The notes below the pieces were generated by a model that saw nothing but the letters and a program-made list of their open reading frames with translations, ran no database searches and was not told the DNA's origin. A program made the translations under genes and the position numbers. From NCBI RefSeq assembly GCF_963921235.1, contig NC_086118.1:15936001-16000000 (forward strand): a DNA stretch of 64,000 bases, written 5' to 3'. Positions 50,373 through 62,950 of the stretch are shown piece after piece. Origin of the DNA: Mobula hypostoma. Its lineage: Eukaryota. Position 1 is the first letter of the stretch; each line of letters begins with the position of its first letter.

Positions 50373-50690
50373 AGTGCAAAATCGCAAAGAGGAGGGGTTC
50401 CAGAACAGATCCCTGCTGAACACCACTGGTCACCAACCTCCAGGCAGAATACAAACCATCTACAACCACCCTTTGCCTTCTGTGGGCAATCCAACTTTAG
50501 ATGCACAAAGCAAGGTCTCCCTACTTTCTGAATGAGCCTTGCATGGGGAACCTTATCAAATGCCTTACTGAAATCCATGTACACTACATCCACTGCTCTA
50601 CCTACGTCAATGTGTTTTGTTACATCCTCAAAGAATTCAATCAGGCTCATAAGGCATGACCTGCCCTTGACAAAGGCTTGCTGACTAACC
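50373..50690 (-). mobile_element. CR1 RT internal fragment
   Basis: SQQAFVKGRSCLMSLIEFFEDVT..YMDFSKAFDKVPH. Confidence 0.85.
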
Positions 50691-51186
50691 CAATTCTGGA
50701 TATTTGTCCTTAAATATCTTGCAAGCAATCAAATGGAACCATATTGACTTGCATGATGTTAATAATAAAACAGTAATTTTAAAATACATGAATAATTTAT
50801 GACACAATTAATTTTTTTTCACCAGTACTCTTCATCGATGTTTGTACATCTGTGTTCTGGGTATCACTGACAAGATTTTAGTGTTAGAAAACAAAATCAG
50901 AATGTTTAATTAGTTTTGTATTAAAATTGCATTTATTAATGGAAATATGTGCATTGAACTAAGTAATTTGGAGATAGACTTCAGGACTGTAGGCAAAACT
51001 TTGTGATAACTTGATTACAGTTAACTCACAAGGTTACATATTTTCATTCATAATTAGTAACATGCTGAACGATTTTGTCTCCTAGGTTGGTAACAATTGT
51101 TTTTTTTGGGAATCAATTTAATAGGTTTTTCCCCATAATTACTTTTATTCGTTCATGTTTTCTTCATAAAGAAATGTTGAACTCAG

Positions 51187-51188
<2 letters not shown>

Positions 51189-51241
<53 letters not shown>
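51189..51241 (+). repeat. (CA)n microsatellite
   Basis: Directly visible. Confidence 0.97.
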
Positions 51242-51242
<1 letters not shown>

Positions 51243-51574
51243 TATATACATATATTTATTTATTTATATAAAATGTATATAAATATATATTAAAAATTCA
51301 CTGCAATTCTGGAATCAAACAAACTTGAATATATTTCGACAACAGAATCACTTCAATGATTTAAAAGCAATCTTCTTTTAAATAACAATTAAATGCTATA
51401 TTCCAGTATAAAACCCAGATTATATCATTATTGTGAGGTCAAAGTTAGTACATTACGAGATGTGCAACACAATGCAAATGGTAAATGTATTTGGTTGAAG
51501 TTATCTAATCCTGAAAGCTTTGACTTGAGGATTGTTCTTTGAAGTACTAGGAGCTAGAAAGTATCAGGAAACTT

Positions 51575-52850
51575 AGATGAATGATGAATGATAACGTTAA
51601 TAATAGATGGCAAAATAACAAGTCATGGGAGGGGCAACAAAACAAAGACAGAATCTAAACACAATAGGTACTGAGGTAAATATTAGGCAGGGAGTGAAAG
51701 CTTGGAGCAACGGTTTGAGCATGCACAGTTGGGGCCTATTCAACAACAGGCATTCTCTCTGTGTGTCCTTGGTTATGCCTTGGGGTGAAAGGATGTAACT
51801 CAGGAAGGAGATGCCTGGCGTGTGGACCTGGCACTTTTTTAACTTGCAGTATAGTTGCTTTTCAAGGAAATGATGAAGGACTGAACAGATGTGACCGACT
51901 GAACTTGGGGGTTCGTGGAGAAGCTGAGGATGTCGTTGAGGTAGATGAGCACATACCTTTGTACATGTCTTGCAGTATCTCATTAATGAAGGCTTGGAAA
52001 ATGGTTGGAAAGTCTGAAGGGCATCACCAAGTATTTTTGGGGCTAATGGGTGTTATGAATGCCATCGTCCACTTATTCCCCCGGTGGATGCAGATCAGGT
52101 TGCACTCACTCTGTAGATCCAGTTTGAAGATCTGGGACCTGCGGAGTGTTTCGAATGCAGGGGAGAGGGTGGTGGTTCGTAATAGTGGTTTTGTAGAGTC
52201 CACGGTGGTCAATGCAGGGTTGAAGACCTCCAACTTTCTTTTTCACAAAGAATCCTGCACAGGCTGGGGACTGGGTGAGCGAATGAAGCACTGTTTACTG
52301 CTTCGACAATGTGGCCATTCTTGGCCTGGGTCTCAGGAGGAGAGAGGGAAAACAGGCTGCCCTGGAAGAGGTCGATCGCACAGTTTTGTGGCCATTCGGG
52401 CAGCAGAATGTTGGCTTCCCTTTTACTGACGGCAATGGTTAAGTGGTGGGGAATATTCCTGTAGGAGTTTGGTGAGGTTGAGGGTTTCCTTTGTCTCCAA
52501 GGATCAACGGGGTGAATCCTGAACTCAGCAGTGAACCAGATGATGAAGCAAAGTGAGGGTCATGAGTGGACTGCCAGGACGAACTCAGGATAAGAGGAGT
52601 GGTGGGCGAGTCGATCAGAAGGAATTGGATGGACTGGCAGCACTCTCCGATGCTCGTGTGCACAGGCTGTGTGTGCTCTCTGACTATCCCAGACCCAAGG
52701 AACGTCTGCCAATGGCCGTTATTTTGAAGAGCTGAGAAATAGATTCATTGGGGAGTCCAAGCTGCCCACCGAGAGTCTGATCCAGAAAGTTGTCTGCTGC
52801 GCGGGACTCCACTCTGTTGTTACATACCTCAAGGAGATCTTGTGACTTTC
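51575..52850 (-). mobile_element. Sushi-like Gypsy fragment: protease and RT joined directly to a partial LTR
   Basis: [57 protein letters not shown]; 51597-51715 matches the 3' half of the LTR at 10804-10930. Confidence 0.85.
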
Positions 52851-52916
52851 TTGTGAGAATGATGTAATGGTCTTTTGGAGGTCACCTGATATAATTTTCC
52901 CACCAATGTGAGGTCA

Positions 52917-55006
52917 CATAGAAACATAGAAACATAGAAAATAGGTGCAGGAGTAGGCCATTCGGCCCTTCGAGCCTGCACCGCCATTTATTATGATCAT
53001 GGCTGATCATCCAACTCAGAACCCAGCCTTCCCTCCATACCCCCTGACCCCTGTAGCCACAAGGGCCATATCTAACTTCCTTTTAAACATAGCTAATGAA
53101 CTGGCCTCAACAGTTTGCTGTGGCAGAGAATTCCACAGATTCACCACTCTCTGTGTGAAGAAGTTTTTCCTAACCTCGGTCCTAAAAGGCTTCCCCTCTA
53201 TCCTCAAACTGTGACCCCTCGTTCTAGACCTCCCCAACATCGGGAACAATCTTCCTGCATCTAGCCTGTCCAATCCCTTTAGGATCTTATACGTTTCAAT
53301 CAGATCCCCCCTCAATCTTCTAAATTCCAACGAGTACAAGCCCAGTTCATCCAGTCTTTCTTCATATGAAAGACCTGCCATCCCAGGAATCAATCTGGTG
53401 AACCTTCTTTGTACTCCCTCTATGGCAAAGATGTCTTTCCTCAGATTAGGGGACCAAAACTGCACACAATACTCCAGGTGTGGTCTCACCAAGGCCTTGT
53501 ACAACTGTAGTAGTACCTCCCTGCTCCTGTACTCGAATCCTCTCGCTATAAATGCCAGCATACCGTTCGCCTTTTTCACCGCCTGCTGTACCTGCATGCC
53601 CACTTTCAATGACTGGTGTATAATGACACCCAGGTCTCGTTGCACCTCCCCTTTTCCTAATCGGCCACCATTCAGATAATAATCTGTTTTCCTATTTTTG
53701 CCACCAAAGTGGATAACTTCACATTTATCCACATTAAATTGCATCTGCCATGAGTTTGCCCACTCACCCAACCTATCCAAGTCACCCTGCATCCTCTTAG
53801 CATCCTCCTCACTGCTAACACTGCCACCCAGCTTCGTGTCATCCGCAAACTTGGAGATGCCGCATTTAATTCCCTCATCCAAGTCATTAATATATATTGT
53901 AAACAACTGGGGTCCCAGCACTGAGCCTTGCGGTACCCCACTAGTCACCGCCTGCCATTCTGAAAAGGTCCCGTTTATTCCCACTCTTTGCTTCCTGTCT
54001 GCTAACCAATTCTCCACCCACACCAATACCTTACCCCCAATACCGTGTGCTTTAAGTTTGCACACTAATCTCCTATGTGGGACCTTGTCAAAAGCCTTTT
54101 GAAAATCCAAATATACCACATCCACTGGTTCTCCCCTATCCACTCTACTAGTTACATCCTCAAAAAATTCTATGAGATTCGTCAGACATGATTTTCCTTT
54201 CACAAATCCATGCTGACTTTGTCCGATCATTTCACCGCTTTCCAAATGTGCTGTTATCACATCCTTGATAACTGACTCCAGCAGTTTCCCCACCACCGAC
54301 GTTAGGCTAACCGGCCTATAATTCCCCGGTTTCTCTCTCCCTCCTTTTTTAAAAAGTGGGGTTACATTAGCCACCCTCCAATCCTCAGGAACTAGTCCAG
54401 AATCTAACGAGTTTTGAAAAATTATCACTAATGCATCCACTATTTCTTGGGCCACTTCCTTAAGCACTCTGGGATGCAGACCATCTGGCCCTGGGGATTT
54501 ATCTGCCTTCAATCCCTTCAATTTACCTAACACCACTTCCCTACTAACATGTATTTCGCTCAGTTCCTCCATCTCACTGGACCCTCTGTCCCTTACTATT
54601 TCTGGAAGATTATTTATGTCCTCCTTAGTGAAGACAGAACCAAAGTAATTATTCAATTGGTCTGCCATGTCCTTGCTCCCCATAATCAATTCACCTGTTT
54701 CTGTTTGCAGGGGACCTACATTTGTCTTTATCAGTCTTTTCCTTTTTACATATCTATAAAAGCTTTTACAGTCCGTTTTTATGTTCTCTGCCAGTTTTCT
54801 CTCATAATCTTTTTTCCCCTTCCTAATTAAGCCCTTTGTCCTCCTCTGCTGAACTCTGAATTTCTCCCAGTCCTCAGGTGAGCCACTTTCTCTGGCTAAT
54901 TTGTATGCTACTTCTTTGGAATTGATACTATCCCTAATTTCTCTTGTCAGCCACAGGTGCACTACCTTCCTTGATTTATTCTTTTGCCAAACTGGGATGA
55001 ACAATT
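52917..55006 (-). mobile_element. Young 5'-truncated CR1 LINE
   Basis: Uninterrupted RT frame, (CATAGAAA)n tail, possible 5-bp TSD gtcac. Confidence 0.97.
53016..55004 (-). CDS. CR1 ORF2 RT domain, 662 aa open frame, endonuclease missing
   Basis: KSPGPDGLHPRVLKE, NYRPVSLTS, DFQKAFDKV, PQGSVLGP, KFADD with no stop codon. Confidence 0.9.
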   Translation of the reverse strand: MFIPVWQKNKSRKVVHLWLTREIRDSINSKEVAYKLARESGSPEDWEKFRVQQRRTKGLIRKGKKDYERKLAENIKTDCKSFYRYVKRKRLIKTNVGPLQTETGELIMGSKDMADQLNNYFGSVFTKEDINNLPEIVRDRGSSEMEELSEIHVSREVVLGKLKGLKADKSPGPDGLHPRVLKEVAQEIVDALVIIFQNSLDSGLVPEDWRVANVTPLFKKGGREKPGNYRPVSLTSVVGKLLESVIKDVITAHLESGEMIGQSQHGFVKGKSCLTNLIEFFEDVTSRVDRGEPVDVVYLDFQKAFDKVPHRRLVCKLKAHGIGGKVLVWVENWLADRKQRVGINGTFSEWQAVTSGVPQGSVLGPQLFTIYINDLDEGIKCGISKFADDTKLGGSVSSEEDAKRMQGDLDRLGEWANSWQMQFNVDKCEVIHFGGKNRKTDYYLNGGRLGKGEVQRDLGVIIHQSLKVGMQVQQAVKKANGMLAFIARGFEYRSREVLLQLYKALVRPHLEYCVQFWSPNLRKDIFAIEGVQRRFTRLIPGMAGLSYEERLDELGLYSLEFRRLRGDLIETYKILKGLDRLDAGRLFPMLGRSRTRGHSLRIEGKPFRTEVRKNFFTQRVVNLWNSLPQQTVEASSLAMFKRKLDMALVATGVRGYGGKAGF

Positions 55007-55111
55007 GTCACGTGATGACATAGTCACCATGGGTATAAAAGGCAAGACCTCTGGTGATGCAGTTAGTTTTTTTTTAGTTTTCCAGCTAGAACGTTCGTCA
55101 GTGTCTCCGTT

Positions 55112-56510
55112 CCATAGAAACCATAGAACCGTGGAACATTACAGCACAGAAACAGGCCTTTTGGCCCTTCTTGGCTGTGCCAAACTATTTTTCTGTCTAG
55201 TCCCACTGACCTGCACCTGGACCATATCCCTCCATACACCTCTCATCCACATACCTGTCCAAGTTTTTCTTAAATGTTAAAAGTTATCCTGCATTTACCA
55301 CTTCATCTGGCAGCTCATTCCACACTCCCACCACTCTCTGTGTGAAGAAGCCCCCGCTAATGTTTCCTTTAAACTTTTTCCCCTTCACCCTTAACCCATG
55401 TCCTCTGGTTTTGTTCTCCCCTAGCCTCAGTGGAAAAAGCCTGCTTGCATTCACTCTATCTATACCCATAATAATTTTATATACCTCTATCAAATCTCCC
55501 CTCATTCTTCTACGCTTCAGGGAATAAAGTCCTAACCTGTTCAACCTTTCTCTGTAAGTTAATTTCTCAAGTCCTGGCAACATCCTTGTAAACCTTCTCT
55601 GCACTCTTTCAACCTTGTTAATATCTTTCCTGTAAATTGGTGACCAAAACTGCACACAATACTCCAAATTCGGCCTCACCAATGCCTTATACAACCTCAC
55701 CATAACATGCCAACTCTCATACTCAATACTTTGATTTATAAAGGCCAATGTACCAAGAACTATCTTTATGACCCTATCTACCTGTGACGCCACTTTTAGG
55801 GAATTTTGTATCTGTATTCCCAGATCCCTCAGTTCTACTGAACTCCTCAGTGCCCTAACATTTACCTTGTATGTTCTTCCTTGGTTTGTCTTTCCAAAGT
55901 GCAATACCTCACATTTGTCTGTATTAAACTCCATCTGCCATTTTTCAGCCCATTTTTTCAGCTGGTCCAAATCCTTCTGCAAGCTTTGAAAACCTTCCTC
56001 ACTGTCCACTACACCTCCAGTCTTCATATCACCAGCAAATTTGCTGATCCAATTTACCATATTATCATCCAGATCATTGACAGAGATGACAAATAACAAT
56101 GGACCCAGCACTGATCCCTGCGGCACACCACTAGTCACAGGCCTCCACTCTGAGAAGCAATCCTCCACTACCACTCTCTGGCTTCTTCCATTGAGCCAAT
56201 GTTTAATCCAATTTACCATCTCTCCATGTATACCTAGCAGCTGAATCTTCCTAACTGACTCCCCGTGCGGGACCTTGTCAAAGGCCTTACTGAAGTCCAT
56301 GTAGACAACATTCACTGCCTTCCCTTCATCCACTTTCCAGGTAACCTCCTCGAAAAACTCCAAAAGATTGGTCAAACATGACCTACCACGCACAAAGCCA
56401 TGTTGACTCTCCTAATAAGTCCCTGTCTATCCAAATACTTGTAGATCCGATCTCTTAGTACTCCTTCCAATAATTTACCTACTACCGACGTCAAACTTAC
56501 CGGCCTATAA
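55112..56510 (-). mobile_element. CR1 3' fragment, same subfamily as 11750-14582
   Basis: ORF 55284-56393 aligns closely with the 918-aa ORF; KFADD changed to KFAGD. Confidence 0.95.
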
Positions 56511-56874
56511 TTACTTTTACGGTCTTTTTTTCATGGGTTCTTGTGGTTGCCTGTTTGAAGGCAAATCTTAAGGTTGTACTTTGATAATAAACATACTTTG
56601 AACTTGCTGGATTTAAGTCCCTGACAATTCCAAGACTCATCCTTGTCATTAAGTAGTCTAAGAATTTCATTGCACACCCTCTCTTTCTTTGAAACTTTGC
56701 AGAATGCAGTCTCTGTTCCGTCAATCGCCCCTTAAATGAGATTCTCCCACAGCAGGAGACAATCATCCACATACTCACCCTGTCAAAACCCTTTGTGGGT
56801 CTGAGATGCTCCAGTCCAGTCCTAACACGTCCTGCTATCCAACAACACATTCATTCTCACCATTTCCAACTTAT

Positions 56875-57895
56875 TAAGACTAAAACATCAGACAGCATTA
56901 GACCATTCAGCCCATCGAGTCTGCTTCGCCGTTCCATTAAGGCTGATTTATTATCGCTCTCAACCCCGTTCTTTTGCCTTCACTCTGTAACCTTTGACGA
57001 CCTTACTAATCAAAAGCCTATCAACCTCCGTTTAAATATACCCAAAGACTAGGCCACCACAGTGAAATGTGGCAATGAATTCCACAGATACACCACCTTC
57101 TGGCTAAAGAAACTCCTCCTCATCTCTGTTCTAAATGCACGTCCTTCTATTTTGAGGCAATGTTCTCTAGCCTTAGACTCTCCCATTAAAGGAAACATCC
57201 TCTGCGCATCCACTCTATCTAGGGCTTTCAATATTTGGTGGGACAATGAGACCCACTTTCATTCTTCTAAACTCCAGTGAGAACAGGTCCTGAACCATCA
57301 AACACCCCTTATCCATGGAATAGGTGTGTTCTCTCACATGGAATGGTCAGACAGGCTGGGTTTGTATCCCACGGGGTCATTCCCAGGATTATTCTTGTAA
57401 ACTTCCTTTGAACCCTCTCCATTGCCAGCACGTCCTTTCTTAGATATTGAGTCCAAAACTGCTTACGATACTCCAAATGCAGTCTAACCAACGCCTTATA
57501 AAGCCTCAGTATTACATCCTTGCTTTTTTAATTCTAGTCTTCTCAAAATGAATGCTAACACTGCATTTGCCTTCCTCACCACCAACTCAACCTGCAAGTT
57601 AACCTTTAGAGAATCCTGCATGAGGACTCAAGTCCCCTTGCATCTCTGATTTCGGAATCATCTCCCCGTTTAAAAAATAGTCCTTCTACCAAAGTGCATG
57701 ACCATATACTTACTGACATTGTACTCCATCTCCCACTTCTTTGCCCATTCTCCTAACCTGTCCAAGTCTTTCTGCAGACTCCCTGCTTCCTCAACACCAA
57801 CTGCCCCTTCACTAATCTATGTATCAATCACAAACCTGTCAAAAAAGCCATCAATTCTGTTGTTCAGATCATTAACATATAACATGAAAAGTAGA
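56875..57895 (-). mobile_element. Decayed CR1 3' fragment
   Basis: VRLHLEY..LRKDVLAMERVQRKFTR and ILKALDRVDAQRMFP remnants; short insertion near 57310-57375. Confidence 0.85.
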
Positions 57896-58659
57896 TGATG
57901 CAACTTAGCATGCTTCTCAAATGCGGTCTCACCAGCTTTCCCACTCCAGTCTGGTAAAACTTCTCTGTTGCGTATTTGTTTTATGACGCAGTTTCATTTT
58001 TAAAACGGAGTGTTAAAAATGGTACAATGGTGCTGGACTGGCAATTTCTGTAGCAGGGTACCTGAGACCATACACTGAAATCTGTTTTTAATGTTAGTGA
58101 TGTGTTGAAGATAGATTGGCACTAATCATGTCAATATACAAAATGATGTCTTTTGTGACTGGGAGTATCATTTGTGTAAGCATTTAATCACTGACACTTG
58201 CAGGAGTTCATGCCTTGGAATTAGTTTTTGACCATTTGAAAAACCAGTTGTAATGCAGATTAAAATCCAAGTACAAATACAAAGAAATGCTGCTATATTT
58301 TTCTGATCAGCAATCAAACCAAAGAAGCTGATGTATCCTCATCATTATCTGTAAAATCAAGCTCATGATTTGGGTGAATCAAGGACATTCTGATGCATTG
58401 CAAGGTGAGACATCTGATAGAAATTTATAAAATAATATATGCCATTGAAAGTGTGGTTAGAATCTTATTTTTCAAGGGTGAAAATGTCAAGTATGAGAGA
58501 ACTTGGGTAGGGAGATTAACAGAGATGTACAAGACAAGTTTTTTTTTTGACAGAGAGATTGGTAGGTACCTGGAATGGACTGCTAGGAGTGGTGGCGGTG
58601 GAAGCAGATCTGATAGTTCAATCGACTACGACTACATCGACTCAGGCCTAGGGGCCTTG

Positions 58660-60578
58660 TAAGGCAAGGCAAGGATAGTTCAATAATTCTATTTAATATC
58701 AGAAAAATGTATGAAATATACACCCTGAAATTCTTGTTCTTTACCGACATCCATGAAAACTGAAGAGTGTCCAAAAAATAACTGAGTTACAACATTAGAA
58801 CCCCAAAGCCCCCACATTGCCCCCACGCATGAGCAGCAGCAAAGCAATGACCCTCCCTGCCCCCACCCACTTCTGCAAAAAGCATCTGCACCCTCCACTC
58901 ACCAAACGTTCAATAGCAAGTCCCCAAGTCCCTGAGGTCAACCATCATGGTGCCTGTCCCGAAGAAAACAAACACCAACAATTTGAATGACTATCGTCCA
59001 GTTGCCCTCACACCAACAACAATGAAGTGCTTTGAGAGGTTGGTCCTGTCCCACATTAAAGTCACTATTCCTGCTACACTGGACTCATACCAGTTTGCCT
59101 ATAAGGCAAACAGGTCTGCGGAGGATGCCATCTCATCAGCTCTTCACACTGTCCTGACACACCTGGAGGGAAATGGCACATACGTGAGGATGTTGTTTGT
59201 TGATTATAGCTCTGCTTTTAATACTGTCATCCCCAGCAAGCTCATCTCCCAACTCCACCAGCTAGGCCTCAGCTCATCACTCCGCAACTCGGTCCTGAAT
59301 TTCTTGTCAGAGCGTTCATAGGCAGTGAGACTGGGCCCTCACCTGTCCTCCACTACTATCCTGAACACTGGTACACCACAAGGTTGTGTATTGAGTCCCA
59401 TACTCTACTCCCTCTTCACTTATGACTGTGTACCTGCACTTAACCCCAATACCATTGTCAAATTCGCAGACGACACAACAGTGATGGGGTTGATCTCCAA
59501 CAGAGACAAATCAGCATACAGAGCGGAGGTACAGAACTTAATGGGCTGGTGCTCAGAGAACAACCTGTCTCTTAATATAGCAAAGACTAAGGAGCTAATT
59601 ATCAACCTTGAAAAGTCCGGGATGACGAGTACGCTCCAGTCTACATTAACGGAGACAAAGTGGAGAGAGTGTCCAGTTTCAGGTTTCTGGGAATACACAC
59701 CTCAGAAGACCTTGCATGGTCCACTAACACCACAACAATAGTTAAGAAAGCACAGCAACGCTTGTTTTTCCTCGGGACGCTGAAGAAAGCTGGTCTACCT
59801 GAACAGATGCTGGCGACCTTTTACCGCTGCACCACAGAGAGCATCTTACCATACTGCATCTCTGTGTGGTATCTCAGTTGTACAGCAGCTGATAGGAAAG
59901 CAGTTCAGCAGGTCGTCTCTAGCACACAGAAGGTTATCGGGACACAGCTGGAGGACACCTACAGCTCAAGCTGCCCAAGGAAAGCTACAAGCATATGTAA
60001 GGACAATACACACCCATGCAATCATTTGTTTGAACTTCTTCCATCTGGCAGACGTTATAAGATTTTCTATGCCCACACTTCCAGACTGAAAAACAGCTTT
60101 TTCCCCAGAACTATAATTGCTCTGAACCAATCGATCAAGCATCATCCATAAATTGTTATATTGCTACTTTAATACTGGTTTTATGGCTGCCATGCATCTG
60201 AGTTGTGCTTTTGTACTGCTGGACGTTGTTTGTACTGGCTGGTTACTTGATTTTATTTATTGTTTATTTATTTTATTTGTTGTTTTATAGCATTGAGTAC
60301 GAGAGTTGCAAACTCTTTTTCGCTGTATTGGTGCATGACAAATTGTACTATGCAATGACCATAAAGATAGTTCATATGTCATTTTCACTTTCATTTTTTT
60401 TCATTTTCATTTTCGTTTTCATTTCATTTTCAAACTCCCCAGTAAAGACCATGATCTGCAGCGAATTGCTCACCTGACAATTCGACATACCACAGGCTCT
60501 CTCTCTGTCCCTCATAAAAGGAATAAGAGGTGTCCCCTTTCACAGTGAGAGGGGCGACATAATGAAACAACGCAGTGT
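58660..60578 (-). mobile_element. Non-autonomous retroposon (58660-58920 plus 60433-60578) interrupted by Rex1/Babar
   Basis: Tail resembling the 38198 family (atacaccctgaaattc); aa.tcccca on both sides of the Rex insert. Confidence 0.45.
58922..60432 (+). mobile_element. Rex1/Babar LINE, 5'-truncated
   Basis: [49 protein letters not shown]; (TTTTCA)n tail. Confidence 0.93.
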
Positions 60579-61130
60579 TTAACAGGCTGTTATAAACACA
60601 GGAAAAGCCAGGGAATGGAGAGGCAGAAGAGGTTTAATTTAATTTGGTATTGCTTTCTGCTCAGATATTATGTGCCATAGGGCCTGTTCCTGTACTGCAC
60701 TCTTCCATGTTCGATGTAAAAGTTAATTTATTAACAGTGTCTTAAAGATCAGCAATTCCATAAAACAATTTTGAATGGATATTTTAGTTATAAAATATTA
60801 ATTTTGAGTAATATGGTAATAAACTGCTTTGCTTTAATTCTCCTTCACAGTGACAAACCAGCTTTGCTTTTACCAATTAGATTTTCTTAAGAAATCTCAG
60901 GATTAGGTTTTTCTAAAAGCTCCTAAGAAATCCTGCCAGTTCTACATCTACAATTTCACATATGCATTTCAGGATGTTCAAGATTCTTGCCTGAATGCAG
61001 TTGTCCAAGATTTCCTGGCAGTTGTTCACTGTGACATCAGCAACTATGCCCATTGCTGGACTCCTCATAAAGTTGTGTCTTCCTGCAGTTTCCCAACACT
61101 TCAGCTGGGGAAACTACCCTCTAGCAGGTT

Positions 61131-61295
61131 CACAGTGGCACAGCTGGTAGAACCCAAAGTGCCAGAGACCCGGGTTCATCTCTGACCTTGGGTGCTGTCT
61201 GTATGTTCTCCCTGTGACAAATGCACTTTCCTTGAGGGCTCTAGTTTCCTCAAACAACCTATACATGTGTTCATTGGTAGATTGATTAAGGCCCT
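61131..61295 (+). mobile_element. Degenerate V-SINE
   Basis: cacagtggcacagctggtag..cccgggttcatc..tatgttctccctgtgac. Confidence 0.65.
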
Positions 61296-61297
61296 CC

Positions 61298-61602
61298 ATT
61301 GGTCAGGGATGGCCATGGATGTTACATCCTAGTTGTCTGCCCAAAGGCAGGCCAGGGCAAAACAATATGGAGAGCAAGCTGTTGCCCATGCAGCAGGCTC
61401 TCCACCTCCACACAGCTGGTCAATCAAAAGGAGTGGCAGAGACCAATACAGTTTGGCACCAGCGGCTTCACAGGACTTGCCAGTCAACATTGAACTCAAT
61501 GTAGGACTGCCTTAGGGACTCCGGCTGTAGATTTTTCCTCAGGATTTATTCCTGAAGCCTTCCTCATAAATGGGAGTGGCTGTGAGGCAGCAGAGGTTTG
61601 AC
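61298..61602 (-). mobile_element. Short interspersed repeat sharing a domain with the SINE at 42265
   Basis: gttgcccatgc.gca.g..ctcc.cctc and acag.ttggcaccag occur in both. Confidence 0.55.
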
Positions 61603-61696
61603 ATTAGAGCTTTTCTTTTTTTTTATTTCAAAATATACTTTATTCAAAAATATATATATACAATAAACCATTCAATAACTTTTCATCCTTTACATA

Positions 61697-62950
61697 CATA
61701 GAAACATAGAAACATAGAAAATAGGTGCAGGAGTAGGCCATTCGGCCCTTCGAGCCTGCACCACCATTTATTATGATCATGGCTGATCATCCAACTCAGA
61801 ACTCCGCCCCAGCCTTCCCTCTATACCCCCTGACCCCCGTAGCCACAACGGCCATATCTAACTCCCTCTTAAATATAGCCAATGAACCGGCCTCAACTGT
61901 TTTCCTGTGGCAGAGAATTCCACAGATTCACCACTCTCTGTGTGAAGAAGTTTTTCCTAATCTCAGTCCTAAAAGGCTTCCCCTCTATCCTCAAACTGTG
62001 GCCCCTCGTTCTGGACTTCCCCAACATCGGGAACAATCTTCCTGCATCTAGCCTGTCCAATCCCTTTAGGATCTTATACGTTTCAATCAGATCCCCCCTC
62101 AATCTTCTAAATTCCAACGAGTACAAGCCTAGTTCATCCAGTCTTTCTTCATATGAAAGTCCTGCCATCCCAGGAATCAATCTGGTGAACCTTCTTTGTA
62201 CTCCCTCTATGGCAAGGATGTCTTTCCTCAGATTAGGGGACCAAAACTGCACACAATACTCCAGGTGTGGTCTCACCAAGGCCTTGTACAACTGCAGTAG
62301 TACCTCCCTGCTCCTGTACTCGAATCCTCTCGCTATAAATGCCAGCATACCATTCGCCTTTTTCACCGCCTGCTGTACCTGCATGCCCACTTTCAATGAC
62401 TGGTGTATAATGACACCCAGGTCTCGTTGCACCTCCCCTTTTCCTAATTGTCCACCATTCAGATAATAATCTGTTTTCCTATTTTTGCCACCAAAGTGGA
62501 TAACTTCAGATTTATCCACATTAAATTGCATCTGCCATGAATTTGCCCACTCACCCAACCTATCCAAGTCACCCTGCATCCTCTTAGCATCCTCCTCACA
62601 GCTAACACTGCCACCCAGTTTCGTGTCATCCGCAAACTTGGAGATGCTGCATTTAATTCCCTCATCCAAGTCATTAATATATATTGTAAACAACTGGGGA
62701 CCCAGCACTGAGCCTTGCCGTACCCTGCTAGTCACCGCCTGCCATTCTGAAAAGGTCCCGTTTATTCCCACTCTTTGCTTCCTGTCTGCTAACCAATTCT
62801 CCACCCACACCAATACCTTACCCCCAATACCGTGTTGCTTTAAGTTTGCACACTAATCTCCTGTGTGGGACCTTGTCAAAAGCCTTTTGAAAATCCAAAT
62901 AAACCACATCCACTGGTTCTCCCCTAACATCCACGGGTTCTCCCCTAACA
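61697..62950 (-). mobile_element. Young CR1 3' fragment
   Basis: ORF 61893-62813 nearly identical to 53016-55004; 21-bp tandem duplication at the 5' junction. Confidence 0.95.

Larger units (their letters stand above)
52852..55111 (+). repeat. Probable LTR fragment (52852-52917 plus 55007-55111) split by CR1
   Basis: Starts TGT; gtcac on both sides of the CR1; TATA-like tataaaag near 55035. Confidence 0.4.
58395..60716 (+). mobile_element. Old CR1 3' fragment (58395-58620 plus 60580-60716) split by nested insertions
   Basis: HLIEIYKII remnant; 3' UTR gggcctgttcctgtactgcactcttccatgttc after the inserts. Confidence 0.55.

Noticed and set aside
51761..52429. 222-aa plus-strand ORF and similar ORFs (61882-62466, 46968-47450, 12324-12743)
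   Set aside because: They are antisense shadows of retroelement coding sequence
60541..60580. CACAGTG heptamers (also near 20698, 24808, 60846, 61131) as V(D)J recombination signals
   Set aside because: No ACAAAAACC nonamer at 12 or 23 bp spacing and no V or J segments
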